From a virus (taxonomy: Duplodnaviria > Caudoviricetes), in the IMG/VR virus record IMGVR_UViG_3300033121_001723, positions 1 to 64,000 of that record: 64,000 nt of DNA. One strand, given 5' to 3'. A model generated the notes under the pieces. The model had not been told where the DNA came from. It ran no database searches and worked only from the letters and a program-made list of their open reading frames with translations. Shown here piece after piece: positions 17,975-27,083 of this stretch. Made by a program: the position numbers and the translations under genes. Numbering within the stretch: the first letter of the stretch is position 1; each line of letters opens with the position of its first letter.

Positions 17975-19138
17975 TTACTCTGCCTTGGCCGTCGCCACCT
18001 TACCGAACTTCGCCAAGGCTGCGTCAGCCTTGGCAACAGAATCCAGATTTCGCAGCGCACGCTTGGAGACCTTTCGACCCTCCGACTGCATGATCTGCGG
18101 GAAATAGCTCAGACAACAATACGCGAACCGTGAAATCGCCTTGGAGGCGTTGTGGTAGTCCTCGTAGAACTCCGGGCTGTGGACGTGAGTTTCCGAGTCT
18201 GGTGCTCCGTGAATGTACTCATGCAGTAGCAGGGCCCCCACATTGCCGAATCCTTGCACGTTGAATGGCTGCTTCATCAACCACTCCCGGGCAATGGCAA
18301 TCCAAGAACAACCATTCGTCCAGCCTGCTAGAGACAGACTGCTGCCGATCATGTACTGCCGCTCCTTGCACGCCACATCCGAGAACTGCTTGACGATACT
18401 CACGATTTCGTGACCGCACTTTTCCATCAGCCGCAACCATACCAGCTCGTTGGGGCAGTAATCCTTAACAGCCAGCAGTTTGTGGTCACTCCGAAGTGCC
18501 TTGGCCAAGTCCTCAAACTGGGCAATGGTAAACTTGGCGTAATGCGGTAAATCGCACTTCACCACCAGTTCTTCCAAGCTGTCGACTCCGAAGTCTGACA
18601 GTACAGACTCGCACAGAACTTGGGCTATACCATCCTGCTGCAGTTTATCCCCAATCGGATCTCGTGCCTTGCACCATGTGATGGTTCTGCCGGTGGTGAA
18701 CACGACGTTCGGAGTCGTACATTTTCCATTCACCAGTTCCAAGACCTTCAACCGGCAGAAATCCCACCATTTCATTTCTCCGGTTACAAACTGGGCGATC
18801 AGCCGAGAACGCTCGCCGTCTGTGAGCTGTCCGCGGCCCATCCGAAATGTCCCGTAGACTTTACCTTCCTCGGGTGTGTGCGGAGCTCCGAAGACTTCGA
18901 ACAACCGCCGTACCTCGTCTGCCGACATGCCCTTGCCATTGTCGACGACTTCCAGATCAGTCTCCGACAAGGCAATCCGGCACTCCGTAGCCTTGGCGTC
19001 CACGGCATTCATAACCCCTTCGAGGATAGCCTTGGCCAGGGTACCGGCCTGTCGCTTGATCGTATCGATCAGCAGTTTTTCGTTCATCTGAAATCGACGA
19101 TCTTCGACGACTGGTTTCTGTGTTTTCGCTCTACTCAT
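17975..19138 (-). CDS. GHKL (Hsp90/MORC-like) ATPase with C-terminal HExxH zincin-like motif
   Basis: ILEGVMNAVDA (N box), VVDNGKGM (G1), GTFRMGRGQ (G2), LLLHEYIH...HSPEFY. Confidence 0.75.
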   Translation of the reverse strand: MSRAKTQKPVVEDRRFQMNEKLLIDTIKRQAGTLAKAILEGVMNAVDAKATECRIALSETDLEVVDNGKGMSADEVRRLFEVFGAPHTPEEGKVYGTFRMGRGQLTDGERSRLIAQFVTGEMKWWDFCRLKVLELVNGKCTTPNVVFTTGRTITWCKARDPIGDKLQQDGIAQVLCESVLSDFGVDSLEELVVKCDLPHYAKFTIAQFEDLAKALRSDHKLLAVKDYCPNELVWLRLMEKCGHEIVSIVKQFSDVACKERQYMIGSSLSLAGWTNGCSWIAIAREWLMKQPFNVQGFGNVGALLLHEYIHGAPDSETHVHSPEFYEDYHNASKAISRFAYCCLSYFPQIMQSEGRKVSKRALRNLDSVAKADAALAKFGKVATAKAE

Positions 19139-19565
19139 CAGACGCTGTCCTTTTGTGTTCTTTAATGACTTCACCGTTTTGCATCAGCACGACAAACTCG
19201 CCACTAGCCCGGCCTTTGCCAGACTTGGACTGCCTAACATAGGTACGGAAGGCCTCTTCTGCCGTTTCGATACTGTCGTCGTCGTAGACTGTGCCGACAT
19301 TGCCGACGATCACCTGTATCGCAGGCGGACCGCCATCCTCTATCTGCCATACCACTCGCTTGCCGAAGTCACCCACAGACCCTGGCAGGTCTGTCGCCGC
19401 ATAGGCCAGCTCTACCAAAGCCGGAAGCGCAGCTACCTTGCGCACCAAGTCCAACATTACCGAATCGCTCAAATCGCTGTTCTTTGGGATCAGGCATATG
19501 GCTTTGCCTCCAGCTACTTCCAAGCAGGCATAACAGTCTTCTCGCTCTTCCACAATCCAGCCCAT
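19131..19565 (-). CDS. hypothetical protein (3' part of ORF 19131..20048, MGWIVEE...)
   Basis: GGAGG upstream of the internal ATG; stop overlaps the GHKL start. Confidence 0.6.
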   Translation of the reverse strand: MGWIVEEREDCYACLEVAGGKAICLIPKNSDLSDSVMLDLVRKVAALPALVELAYAATDLPGSVGDFGKRVVWQIEDGGPPAIQVIVGNVGTVYDDDSIETAEEAFRTYVRQSKSGKGRASGEFVVLMQNGEVIKEHKRTASDE

Positions 19566-19582
19566 TCTAACACCTCCAAGGA

Positions 19583-19912
19583 CTATACGACCATTTCCAC
19601 CAGCTTCAGCAGCTCCAGTAGGATCTCGTGCATGGCTTCTGAAACGAGAGCCTTGAAACTGAAGACCCGGTACTCCGGACCGCCCGGAGAATTCACCATA
19701 GCCTCCATCTGATCGATTCCTGTGTCGGCCAAATCTTCCCGGCCGAGTATCCTGAACAGCGTCTTGCGAAGCTGCCGCCGCAGGATGGAGATCTTCTGGG
19801 CCGGCAGTAACCCAAACTGGAGCCGTATCCGCTCGTCTTCGGTGAAGAGGTCGTACAGCCCAGCCGCCAGCGCCGCTGTATCCAGAGTGATCGGAAGCAC
19901 TGTCAATTGCAT
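19583..19912 (-). CDS. hypothetical protein (ATG 19912)
   Basis: LYDLFxEDE...LxFGLLPAxK motif; GAAGG upstream. Confidence 0.6.
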   Translation of the reverse strand: MQLTVLPITLDTAALAAGLYDLFTEDERIRLQFGLLPAQKISILRRQLRKTLFRILGREDLADTGIDQMEAMVNSPGGPEYRVFSFKALVSEAMHEILLELLKLVEMVV

Positions 19913-19963
19913 ACGGATGACCTTCGTATTCCGGGTAATTAACGCCCCCGGCAGCCTGTCTGT

Positions 19964-19979
19964 GAATTTCCGGAAATTC
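19964..19979. promoter_or_regulatory. palindromic motif copy 3 GAATTTCCGGAAATTC (perfect 18-bp palindrome 19963-19980)
   Basis: Read directly; 51 nt upstream of ATG 19912, downstream of a candidate promoter. Confidence 0.9.
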
Positions 19980-20062
19980 AACCGCCTGCGCGCGCTTGTA
20001 CTCAGCAGCAAACAACTGTACGTCGAGTTTGGATACATGACGCAACACGTTTAACCAGTCGA

Positions 20063-20091
20063 AGTTAAGTAAATAATGCGACTGTTTTCAA
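20063..20091 (-). promoter_or_regulatory. candidate sigma70-like promoter TTGAAA-17-TTAACT
   Basis: AT-rich intergenic region; exact 17-nt spacer; imperfect -10. Confidence 0.35.
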
Positions 20092-20273
20092 ATCGAGCTA
20101 TTGGCTCGTATCCGGACGGCCGACCAATCCAGGCCTCCGCCTCTGTCTGACTACGTAAACTGCGTTCTATGAACAGTTTGCGTATTTTAATCCTCAACGA
20201 AAAAACCCTGAAATCCGACACCCGCTACGCGGGGTAAGAAATCAGGGCTTTTTCTGTGACAAATAATCGCAAC

Positions 20274-20567
20274 TCAGTCTGTCAGCACCAAGTTGCTGCG
20301 GCGACAGTCCAGCCGGTTTTTGTTCTTGAATCCGACCCGTCTGGGAGCCTTGTCCGTACCCCGCAGCCGCTTGGCAACCTCTCGATGGAACCACATCAGA
20401 CGCCTGTACTTTCCGTTTTTAGAACTCCGTGTTGGTCGGCAATACGCATATCCGAACTCGTGCTGGTACCAGATGTACTGCCCGAGGTCTGCGTCTTGTT
20501 TGGAAAACAGGATCTCCGATCCGGCAGTCGTGTACAGACGTTGAGCCACGCTGGTGCCCCCTCTCAA
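20274..20567 (-). CDS. degenerate HNH-endonuclease-like protein
   Basis: WFHREV...VGFKNKNRLDCRRSNL resembles VDHINxNxLDNRRxNL without the catalytic His. Confidence 0.55.
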   Translation of the reverse strand: MRGGTSVAQRLYTTAGSEILFSKQDADLGQYIWYQHEFGYAYCRPTRSSKNGKYRRLMWFHREVAKRLRGTDKAPRRVGFKNKNRLDCRRSNLVLTD

Positions 20568-20585
20568 AGCAGCCTCGAAGCAGGC

Positions 20586-21119
20586 CTAGATGTCCTGCAG
20601 ACAGATGTCGGGAATGATCCCGAGTAAAGCCATCTGAGCTGCCGTCAGCTCAAATACGACCTCCGGATTCCGAATGATCTCGTGCTGCATTGCCGTCTGG
20701 TGCACCACGATAGCCCGCCGTTTACAGGCAAGCTGGTAGACCAGCGAGACATTCTCGGCCAGCTGTTCCAGATCGTCGTAGTCCCTGAATTGGCCATCCG
20801 AGTGCAAACTGACAATACCGAACGCCGTCGTGACCCCCTGCGACAACGCAACAAGGTCGTCATTGTCGGGGGCCGCCTCGGCAATTTCCATATCCAGCAG
20901 TTTCCGCCAAGACGCGGCCGACTTCCTCAACTTGTCGCACGCAGCTTCTAGTCTGAGTTTGTTGGCCTCCAGCGCCTTGTCCAAGAAGGGGCTAAGCTCA
21001 CTGCCCGTGTAAGAGTACCGCATCCCACCGGTAACTTTCATCTGTTCAATCCGACCTACCCGCTCTTGCGGGAATGAGAGATAACTGACCTCGGCCATCA
21101 ATCTCGCCAATACGGACAC
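20586..21119 (-). CDS. helical hypothetical protein downstream of tubulin
   Basis: Start overlaps the tubulin stop; 177 aa. Confidence 0.6.
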   Translation of the reverse strand: MSVLARLMAEVSYLSFPQERVGRIEQMKVTGGMRYSYTGSELSPFLDKALEANKLRLEAACDKLRKSAASWRKLLDMEIAEAAPDNDDLVALSQGVTTAFGIVSLHSDGQFRDYDDLEQLAENVSLVYQLACKRRAIVVHQTAMQHEIIRNPEVVFELTAAQMALLGIIPDICLQDI

Positions 21120-22150
21120 GCCATGTGTCCAAATCCAAACAGCGCCGTCATACCAGGTTTGTCCTGACGGTACACACCACGGAAGACAGTCGTACCGGGT
21201 TTGACGAGGCGGCCGACCGTCGAGAATGCCTGATCCAGTGTCTCCGCAGAAACCGTGTCGTAGGCGTCAGGCCCGCACATGAACACCAAGCCAGCTGTCA
21301 TGGCCGTGTTGATCGGCAATGGAGCCAGTAGCGACTGCTCGACCGCCTTCCGGATACGGTCCGACACGGCAACACCGGACGCCCAGTCAGTAATGACCTG
21401 TGTCCCAAACACGACATTTCCGATCAGAAGCCGTTTGAAATCGGCAGCGTCGAACGAAGTGTGCTCCGCCGGAGTCGCTGCCAGGCAATTGAAGGCATGG
21501 AACAGCTTCGACAAAGCACTGTTTCCAGTCGCATATTCGAGCGAAGCTGACGGTCGGTACAGATTGACGATCCGGTCGTTATCCAGCCACAGTATGGAGG
21601 AAATACCGACCGCATCGACCGTGGCCAAAGCCTCGGCTGCGTTCTGCTGCGGCAACGTCCCTTCCGTCAGCTTGGGCCACGCCAGTACGGCACTCACCCG
21701 TTCGTCACCGGGCGAGATCCCCATGGTGTGGTAACAGAGATTGGCAATGACCGGAAACATCCCAGCCCCTGACCCACCGCCCAGACCGCAGCACAGAAAC
21801 ACCCGGTCTGGATTCGTAGCCAGCACATCATGCAGAAAGGCCCGGATGTCCTCCGCCCGTTTCGAGGCTGTGGCTTTGGCGACAGCCAAGTCCTTACCGG
21901 CCCCGCCGCTATCCAGACACAACTTGTTGGCGTCGGGAATCTTCAGACTGGCCAAATCTATCGCTGCGGTGTTGATGGCAAACACCTTACGATAGCCCAA
22001 CCTGTAGAAGGCCTCTGCAATACGTCCGCCACCTTGGCCGAGGCCGATGAACACACAGGAGAGTGCCACCGGGCCGTTTGGGAACTCGTCAGTCCATTTG
22101 TCGCCACCGCTCGGCTGCGGCTCTATTGGCAACGGAAGGTCCAGATCCAT
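21098..22150 (-). CDS. tubulin/FtsZ-family GTPase (PhuZ/TubZ-like); start uncertain
   Basis: VFIGLGQGGGRIA, AINTA, GAGKD, CGLGGGSGAG signature, LDNDRI, DAADF. Confidence 0.9.
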   Translation of the reverse strand: MDLDLPLPIEPQPSGGDKWTDEFPNGPVALSCVFIGLGQGGGRIAEAFYRLGYRKVFAINTAAIDLASLKIPDANKLCLDSGGAGKDLAVAKATASKRAEDIRAFLHDVLATNPDRVFLCCGLGGGSGAGMFPVIANLCYHTMGISPGDERVSAVLAWPKLTEGTLPQQNAAEALATVDAVGISSILWLDNDRIVNLYRPSASLEYATGNSALSKLFHAFNCLAATPAEHTSFDAADFKRLLIGNVVFGTQVITDWASGVAVSDRIRKAVEQSLLAPLPINTAMTAGLVFMCGPDAYDTVSAETLDQAFSTVGRLVKPGTTVFRGVYRQDKPGMTALFGFGHMACPYWRD

Positions 22151-22208
22151 GTCGTCGTCGCTTTCTACCGCAGATACTGCGGCTGAAACGGAAAGGTAAC
22201 AGCCCGCC

Positions 22209-22547
22209 TTACTCGGCAGGAGCTGCTTCCGGCTGGGGAGACACCTTAGTGTCGACTGCTTCCCCGCTCGGAACTGATTCTTGTGATTTTGGGTCAGGTG
22301 TCGCCGGTTCGGCAGCTTTGGTGGGTCCGCCAAGAGTGTCCGGCGCAGGAGGCGTGGGTCCGCCGTCAGCTGCTTGCGGTTGATCTTGAGAGGGTCCACT
22401 GACGCCGCCGACCACGACTCCTTCATCCACCGTAAGTGCTGCTGGCTGGATAGCAGCCGGAGGAGGAGATGTATCACCTGCGTCCGGAACGCCCGGAATG
22501 AAGGTGGTTCGTTGATGACGAAATTCAGCCTCTGACAGTTCTGACAT
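22209..22547 (-). CDS. Pro/acidic low-complexity protein
   Basis: 112 aa; GGAG upstream; lies between portal and tubulin. Confidence 0.6.
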   Translation of the reverse strand: MSELSEAEFRHQRTTFIPGVPDAGDTSPPPAAIQPAALTVDEGVVVGGVSGPSQDQPQAADGGPTPPAPDTLGGPTKAAEPATPDPKSQESVPSGEAVDTKVSPQPEAAPAE

Positions 22548-22624
22548 GCTTGGGCTCCGTTAAAGTTTGTGACAAACCACTCGCCGCAGCATATCGTGAT
22601 TGTGACAAAATTCAACCGAGTAGC

Positions 22625-24466
22625 CTACTGGGCTCCCTGTTGTTGCAGCAATTGAGCCCCGCCCTGCATCCGTGCGTCGTAGCGGATCTTCTCCAAGGCG
22701 TCCAGCACGACTCGGCCAAGCACAGGATTTTGGGATTTGATGGCCGTGATCTGCCGCTTGCGGCTGGTCTCGTCCATGGTGAGCAACTGCTGTGCGATCG
22801 AGTTGCCTGTCGCCATGTATTCTTCTGGCGTTTTTGGGTTACCCAGCTGGAAGCTCTGCGTAGGATCTGCTCCGGCCGCCGCAGGAGCTCCGCCACCACC
22901 ACCAGGCTGGCCTCCTGGAGCCGCTCCTGGTTGTTGCAGCAGTGACGAGGCGGTGATAGCCCCCTGCGACGATACCTGCTGAGCCGCAGCCTGCTGATCG
23001 GCCTCTTCTTGGGCTTTGTTGGCAAGCTCGTTGGTGATCTGGGTCTCTTCGTTCTTCCGGCGTTGTTCCTCTTCCCAATCGATGCCGAGCGCTCGCAGGG
23101 CGGTCGTCTGGGAAATCTGCTGATTGAGACCCAGCTGCAGCTGTGTAGTCTGCCGTTGGATATCGTCAGCATGTGTCGGCTTATCGAGTGTCAGCTTGAC
23201 CGGTTGCCACTGCCTACGGGACGAGATGACCTTCGCATAAAAAGCCAACAGGTCGATCAGCTGATCGCGGAAGTGAGTATGATGGGACTCGAAGATCCGC
23301 AGAGCCGGGATAGCCCCTTGAGCCGTCAGTGTCCCCTTGTACAGCTCGATCGGGCAGCCGATGGAGTTGAACAGCACATCATAGCCTTGGTCCAGCAAGT
23401 CTTTCGGAGTGAAGGCAGTCGCGTCGCCTCCAAGGGCTTGGTATTTGATCGGGAACGGGAGCACGTTCCAGCGTGTCGGATCGTTGCGTCGGGCGCGGAC
23501 CATGCTATTCACGCGGGCTGCAAACGTGCTGAGCCCGAGTTTGTAACTGGGCTCACTCTCAATCGGACCGCCTGTGATCTCCGGCGTAATTACCCGGAAT
23601 GGCACCACGTAGTCCAGCGCCAAGGCCTCGTTGTACTTGTGCAACATCTGTACGTAGTACGCCACCCCGAAATTCGTCAAGGCCTTGCTGATCCCCCAGC
23701 CGCGATTGATCTGGCCGGCCAGCCGCTTCTCCTTCATGTGGTAGACGAAGCCGTCTTCAAACTCCAACCACTTGGACTCCTTGACCGCTTGGATGATCTC
23801 CCAGTTGGCTGTCTCCAAGACGCACATGTCGCCACGCCGGATCTGGTCCCGGTAATCGGCAGGAATTTTCCAGACGTAAGAGCACCGTTCTGTCAGTGGG
23901 TCGAAGATTATCTCGATCTCATACGGATTCCACCGCTTGAGGATCAAACCGCTCCCCTCAGACGATCGCCGATCGCGAGGCACCCACGGGCCTCGCTTGG
24001 TACAGCGGGGGCATCGCATGTTGAACTCGAAGTTCGACCACTGGTAGCTGAACACAGACCGCTGCTGTTTGATTGTCGACAGCGGCCGCTCAAGCCCGCA
24101 CTGAGGGCAGGCCAAGTACCGCTTGATCGGAATCAACCCTGACCCGAAGTAATTGCCGTAGAAAAAGAAGTCCAAGGACGCTTCGATCAAGTGGCTCTTG
24201 ATGTTCAGCTCTTCGTAAAGATAGTCCCGGTAACGTTTTTTCTCCTTACGGTCATCACCTTCGACAGAAACTTCCGTGATGAAGTATGCGATGATTCGCT
24301 CAATACCGGAACGGTAGACGCCCATCCGCTCGAAGATGCGTTCGCACCAGCGGAGGGCGTCAACCATCGTAGACGGCATCGTAAGTGCCGAGATATCGCA
24401 GAACGGGTCTGGCAAGCCTTCAGCTCCGCGGGACCCGCCCGCCATCATCGCACCGATTTGGGACAT
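22625..24466 (-). CDS. probable portal protein
   Basis: 613 aa; PDPF.D...MP.T...LRWCE.I...YR....RII.YF N-terminus, central RGWG motif, Q/A-rich tail; recalled similarity to large-phage portals. Confidence 0.5.
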   Translation of the reverse strand: MSQIGAMMAGGSRGAEGLPDPFCDISALTMPSTMVDALRWCERIFERMGVYRSGIERIIAYFITEVSVEGDDRKEKKRYRDYLYEELNIKSHLIEASLDFFFYGNYFGSGLIPIKRYLACPQCGLERPLSTIKQQRSVFSYQWSNFEFNMRCPRCTKRGPWVPRDRRSSEGSGLILKRWNPYEIEIIFDPLTERCSYVWKIPADYRDQIRRGDMCVLETANWEIIQAVKESKWLEFEDGFVYHMKEKRLAGQINRGWGISKALTNFGVAYYVQMLHKYNEALALDYVVPFRVITPEITGGPIESEPSYKLGLSTFAARVNSMVRARRNDPTRWNVLPFPIKYQALGGDATAFTPKDLLDQGYDVLFNSIGCPIELYKGTLTAQGAIPALRIFESHHTHFRDQLIDLLAFYAKVISSRRQWQPVKLTLDKPTHADDIQRQTTQLQLGLNQQISQTTALRALGIDWEEEQRRKNEETQITNELANKAQEEADQQAAAQQVSSQGAITASSLLQQPGAAPGGQPGGGGGAPAAAGADPTQSFQLGNPKTPEEYMATGNSIAQQLLTMDETSRKRQITAIKSQNPVLGRVVLDALEKIRYDARMQGGAQLLQQQGAQ

Positions 24467-24500
24467 CCGTGTCGCTTCCGGTTAGTACTTCAATCCGAGA

Positions 24501-25199
24501 TCACAGAGTGACCTTATTCAAAATTTCCGCAACCTTGAACCGCACGCCAAGATAATCGAATTTGACCTCGTTGGCTACCACAAGGTAGACAACCGGACTG
24601 CCGGCAATCTGCATTGCCACTTGGTCGCCCTTAGGTAGATCCTCCGGAAACCACGGCTCCTCTTTGTCCAATGGATGCACGAAGATCATCCACTTTCCGA
24701 AAATACACACGTCGCCAAATCCGGCCAAGACGTCTTGGGACTCGGTCGGTGTCCCGACAGCAAACGTCACCCAGACCAACCCTGGGTCCTCTGCAACCTG
24801 CGGTGGTGTGGGTTCTGGGGCCGCCTGAAACAAGCCGAGCAGAGACGGGTTCCCGGCGGATTTCTGCAACTGAGGTGCTGTCCGCTGGACCGCAGGAAAC
24901 GGTGTCGCAGATTGGGCCGGTTGCGGCTGATTGAACATAGGCGTCTCTCCAGGCATGGTGGTCGGTGCAGTCTGCTCGGCGGCAACGGTAATCATGTCTA
25001 TGACCTGATACTTGCCATTCGAATTGTCGATCAGTGGGATGTTCGGGTCCGGCACGCGCCGTAACTCCGTGTGTGCCGGGATATTTTGTCGCTCGTGTGT
25101 TGTCGCCGCATGTACGGCACCGAGCGGTCTGTTGACCGGGACTTGAAAACCTGTCAACCCGGGATCTATTCCCGGAGGAGTTGTTACCGGTCTGGCCAT
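24501..25199 (-). CDS. Pro-rich hypothetical protein
   Basis: AGGGATAGGA upstream; first gene after the terminator pair. Confidence 0.65.
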   Translation of the reverse strand: MARPVTTPPGIDPGLTGFQVPVNRPLGAVHAATTHERQNIPAHTELRRVPDPNIPLIDNSNGKYQVIDMITVAAEQTAPTTMPGETPMFNQPQPAQSATPFPAVQRTAPQLQKSAGNPSLLGLFQAAPEPTPPQVAEDPGLVWVTFAVGTPTESQDVLAGFGDVCIFGKWMIFVHPLDKEEPWFPEDLPKGDQVAMQIAGSPVVYLVVANEVKFDYLGVRFKVAEILNKVTL

Positions 25200-25221
25200 G
25201 TCCTATCCCTGATAAATAGCT

Positions 25222-25256
25222 AAAAAAAATGAAAGTTCCGGGGTTGCCCCCGGAAC
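25222..25256 (-). terminator. rho-independent terminator with GCAA loop
   Basis: GTTCCGGGG-GCAA-CCCCGGAAC then TTTCATTTTTTTT. Confidence 0.8.
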
Positions 25257-25288
25257 CGGAAGCCTCTGCGTTAAGGCTTCACAAGACA

Positions 25289-25318
25289 AACCCGGCCGAC
25301 TCGATGAGTCGGCGGGTT
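25289..25318 (-). terminator. second hairpin upstream of the terminator above
   Basis: AACCCG-CCGACTC-ATC-GAGTCGG-C-CGGGTT then TGTCTT. Confidence 0.55.
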
Positions 25319-25321
25319 GTC

Positions 25322-25337
25322 CAATTTCCGGAAATTC
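25322..25337. promoter_or_regulatory. palindromic motif copy 4 CAATTTCCGGAAATTC
   Basis: Read directly; overlaps the TGA stop (25336-25338), adjacent to the hairpins. Confidence 0.9.
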
Positions 25338-25587
25338 AGCTTACCGGGTCTGCCTCGCGCTGAAGCTTACCCCAGTACTCCGCCGGAACTAAGAAAAACA
25401 ACCTACTGTTAACTGGCGTCCCCGTCAATGTATACGGCTGGCACAGAACAGTACCATCTTCCGGATTCTTCCAGACGGCCAGGGCGCCCTGACCGTCTGG
25501 AATTGGCCGAGAGTTTGGAAATATACTGAAACCCGGGTCAACTTGCGTCGACAGGTGCTCCAGCTGTTGAAACGTCAATCTGACCAT
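25336..25587 (-). CDS. small hypothetical protein
   Basis: GGAGG RBS; overlaps the end of the upstream gene. Confidence 0.55.
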   Translation of the reverse strand: MVRLTFQQLEHLSTQVDPGFSIFPNSRPIPDGQGALAVWKNPEDGTVLCQPYTLTGTPVNSRLFFLVPAEYWGKLQREADPVS

Positions 25588-26950
25588 GGACAGCCTCCAA
25601 GTAGGTTTGGGCGGCCTCGGGAGTCCCGTGCTTGGCCAGCAGATTCAGTACCCCGACAGCATGTTCCGGCCCGCCATTAGCCGCCAACATCTGTGCTGCC
25701 GTCGCCGCATTGAACTCTCCGCAAGCTTTTGCCGCGGCCTCGGCGGCCTCCAGCACGGCGTGGGCCCGTGCTGCAGGAACTTTCGAGGGGTCCATGACAC
25801 CGTACTTGGCCTCCCACCGTCTCCGCAAACCTCCGAAGTTTGCGAATGACGTCGGACTCTTGACCTGCAAGTCCGCAAACTTGCAAACCACCCAGTTCTG
25901 GACTACCGGCATGCCGCTCAGTTGGACCGGACCGCCATCCAAGCTGCTGAGGATGTCCTCGTTGGTCGCATATGCCGCCAACCCGCCCAGCAATGCCTTG
26001 CCAGTCGCTAAGGCCCGGTTGCGCTCCGGAGTTCCAAACTCGCCCACTGGCCGTTCTAGATGGCAACGCATCCGAACTTCCTGACTGATGTCCGGTCCTT
26101 CGGCACCCAACAACAGTGAGACGTCCTCGAACACATTGACCGGGACATGGCCTTCCCGGACCAGCGGACGGCACAGTTCGAGAGGTATGCGTGCATACAT
26201 ACCGCACTTGCTGGTCTGCTGCGCGTCGTTCCAGACAAGATCCTCGGCAACAGCCTGCGGGGTTTCCGTGGTCAACCGAAAAATCGGATTACCCTCTTGA
26301 ACCTCGCCACCCATCTGGAACAGAGCCTGTCCTTGCGTTGGGAGAACCATGTCGTAGGTTTCCCCGGACTCGGTCTGGATGCAATACCACGTCCACTCGG
26401 GCTGTCCTTCGGCCACCCAACTGCGAATAACACGGCCGGAAATCGGGACGATCAAACTTCGCATGTTGATGTTGTTCGCCATTCCACGACGCAGCGTACC
26501 GGCCTGATTGGCCAGCGCCTGCGTTCTGACACGCTCCCGTAGCGTGTCCACCGGAAACTCGACCAAGACCTCAGGCAGTGTCACGTCGCTGGCGGCCATC
26601 TCGGCCCCGGCGGCCATTTGCTGCAGCATCCGCTTCGCCATAAACAGAACAGATTCACCCCGAGGAGCCTCGCCCGTCTGACCGTTCAGATCGTGCACGA
26701 AGTCATTCCGTTGTTTTCCGCCGATCACCACTTCTGCCGAACGGGCGTCGAACTCCGCCCGATACCCTCGCAGCTGGATCTTGCCGGAAAAATCGACTTG
26801 GATTGCAATGTACTTCAGGCCACCCAACGGCACCACGCCGTTCTCGAAAGCCCCTGTCGCACTGTTTCGCCACAGTGTGTAGGCCACCGAGCCTTCAGCC
26901 AACCGCAAATCCATTGCCGACACTTCTGCTACAAATTTCGAGAAATTCAT
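25538..26950 (-). CDS. hypothetical protein with an SBHM-like segment (possible RNA polymerase beta'-like fragment)
   Basis: VPISGRV...IQTESGE...VLP.....F..G.EV.EG.PI pattern. Confidence 0.6.
   Translation of the reverse strand: MNFSKFVAEVSAMDLRLAEGSVAYTLWRNSATGAFENGVVPLGGLKYIAIQVDFSGKIQLRGYRAEFDARSAEVVIGGKQRNDFVHDLNGQTGEAPRGESVLFMAKRMLQQMAAGAEMAASDVTLPEVLVEFPVDTLRERVRTQALANQAGTLRRGMANNINMRSLIVPISGRVIRSWVAEGQPEWTWYCIQTESGETYDMVLPTQGQALFQMGGEVQEGNPIFRLTTETPQAVAEDLVWNDAQQTSKCGMYARIPLELCRPLVREGHVPVNVFEDVSLLLGAEGPDISQEVRMRCHLERPVGEFGTPERNRALATGKALLGGLAAYATNEDILSSLDGGPVQLSGMPVVQNWVVCKFADLQVKSPTSFANFGGLRRRWEAKYGVMDPSKVPAARAHAVLEAAEAAAKACGEFNAATAAQMLAANGGPEHAVGVLNLLAKHGTPEAAQTYLEAVHGQIDVSTAGAPVDAS
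26933..26948. promoter_or_regulatory. palindromic motif copy 5 AAATTTCGAGAAATTC (variant centre)
   Basis: Read directly; overlaps the start codon and first codons of 25538..26950. Confidence 0.75.
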
Positions 26951-27053
26951 CGAAGCTACCCTTTATCAAGCGTTACACAGGTCGGCCCGGCAAGCACCGT
27001 CTGGTGCTACAATTTCCAGTCCAACCTTACACCGCCGCAAACGGATCACAAAC

Positions 27054-27083
27054 AAAAAGGCCGACTGGTTTTCCAGTCGGCCT
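27054..27083 (-). terminator. rho-independent terminator
   Basis: AGGCCGACTGG-AAAA-CCAGTCGGCCT then TTTTGTTT. Confidence 0.85.

Noticed and set aside
19131-20048. Single 305-aa gene overlapping 19583..19912
   Set aside because: The middle third looks like off-frame translation of the better-supported 19583..19912 gene; an internal RBS and ATG explain the 3' part
22151-22615. Long N-terminal extension of tubulin, or frameshift fusion with the Pro-rich ORF
   Set aside because: The extension reads as off-frame text over 22209..22547, and no slippery sequence is visible at the junction. The start remains uncertain
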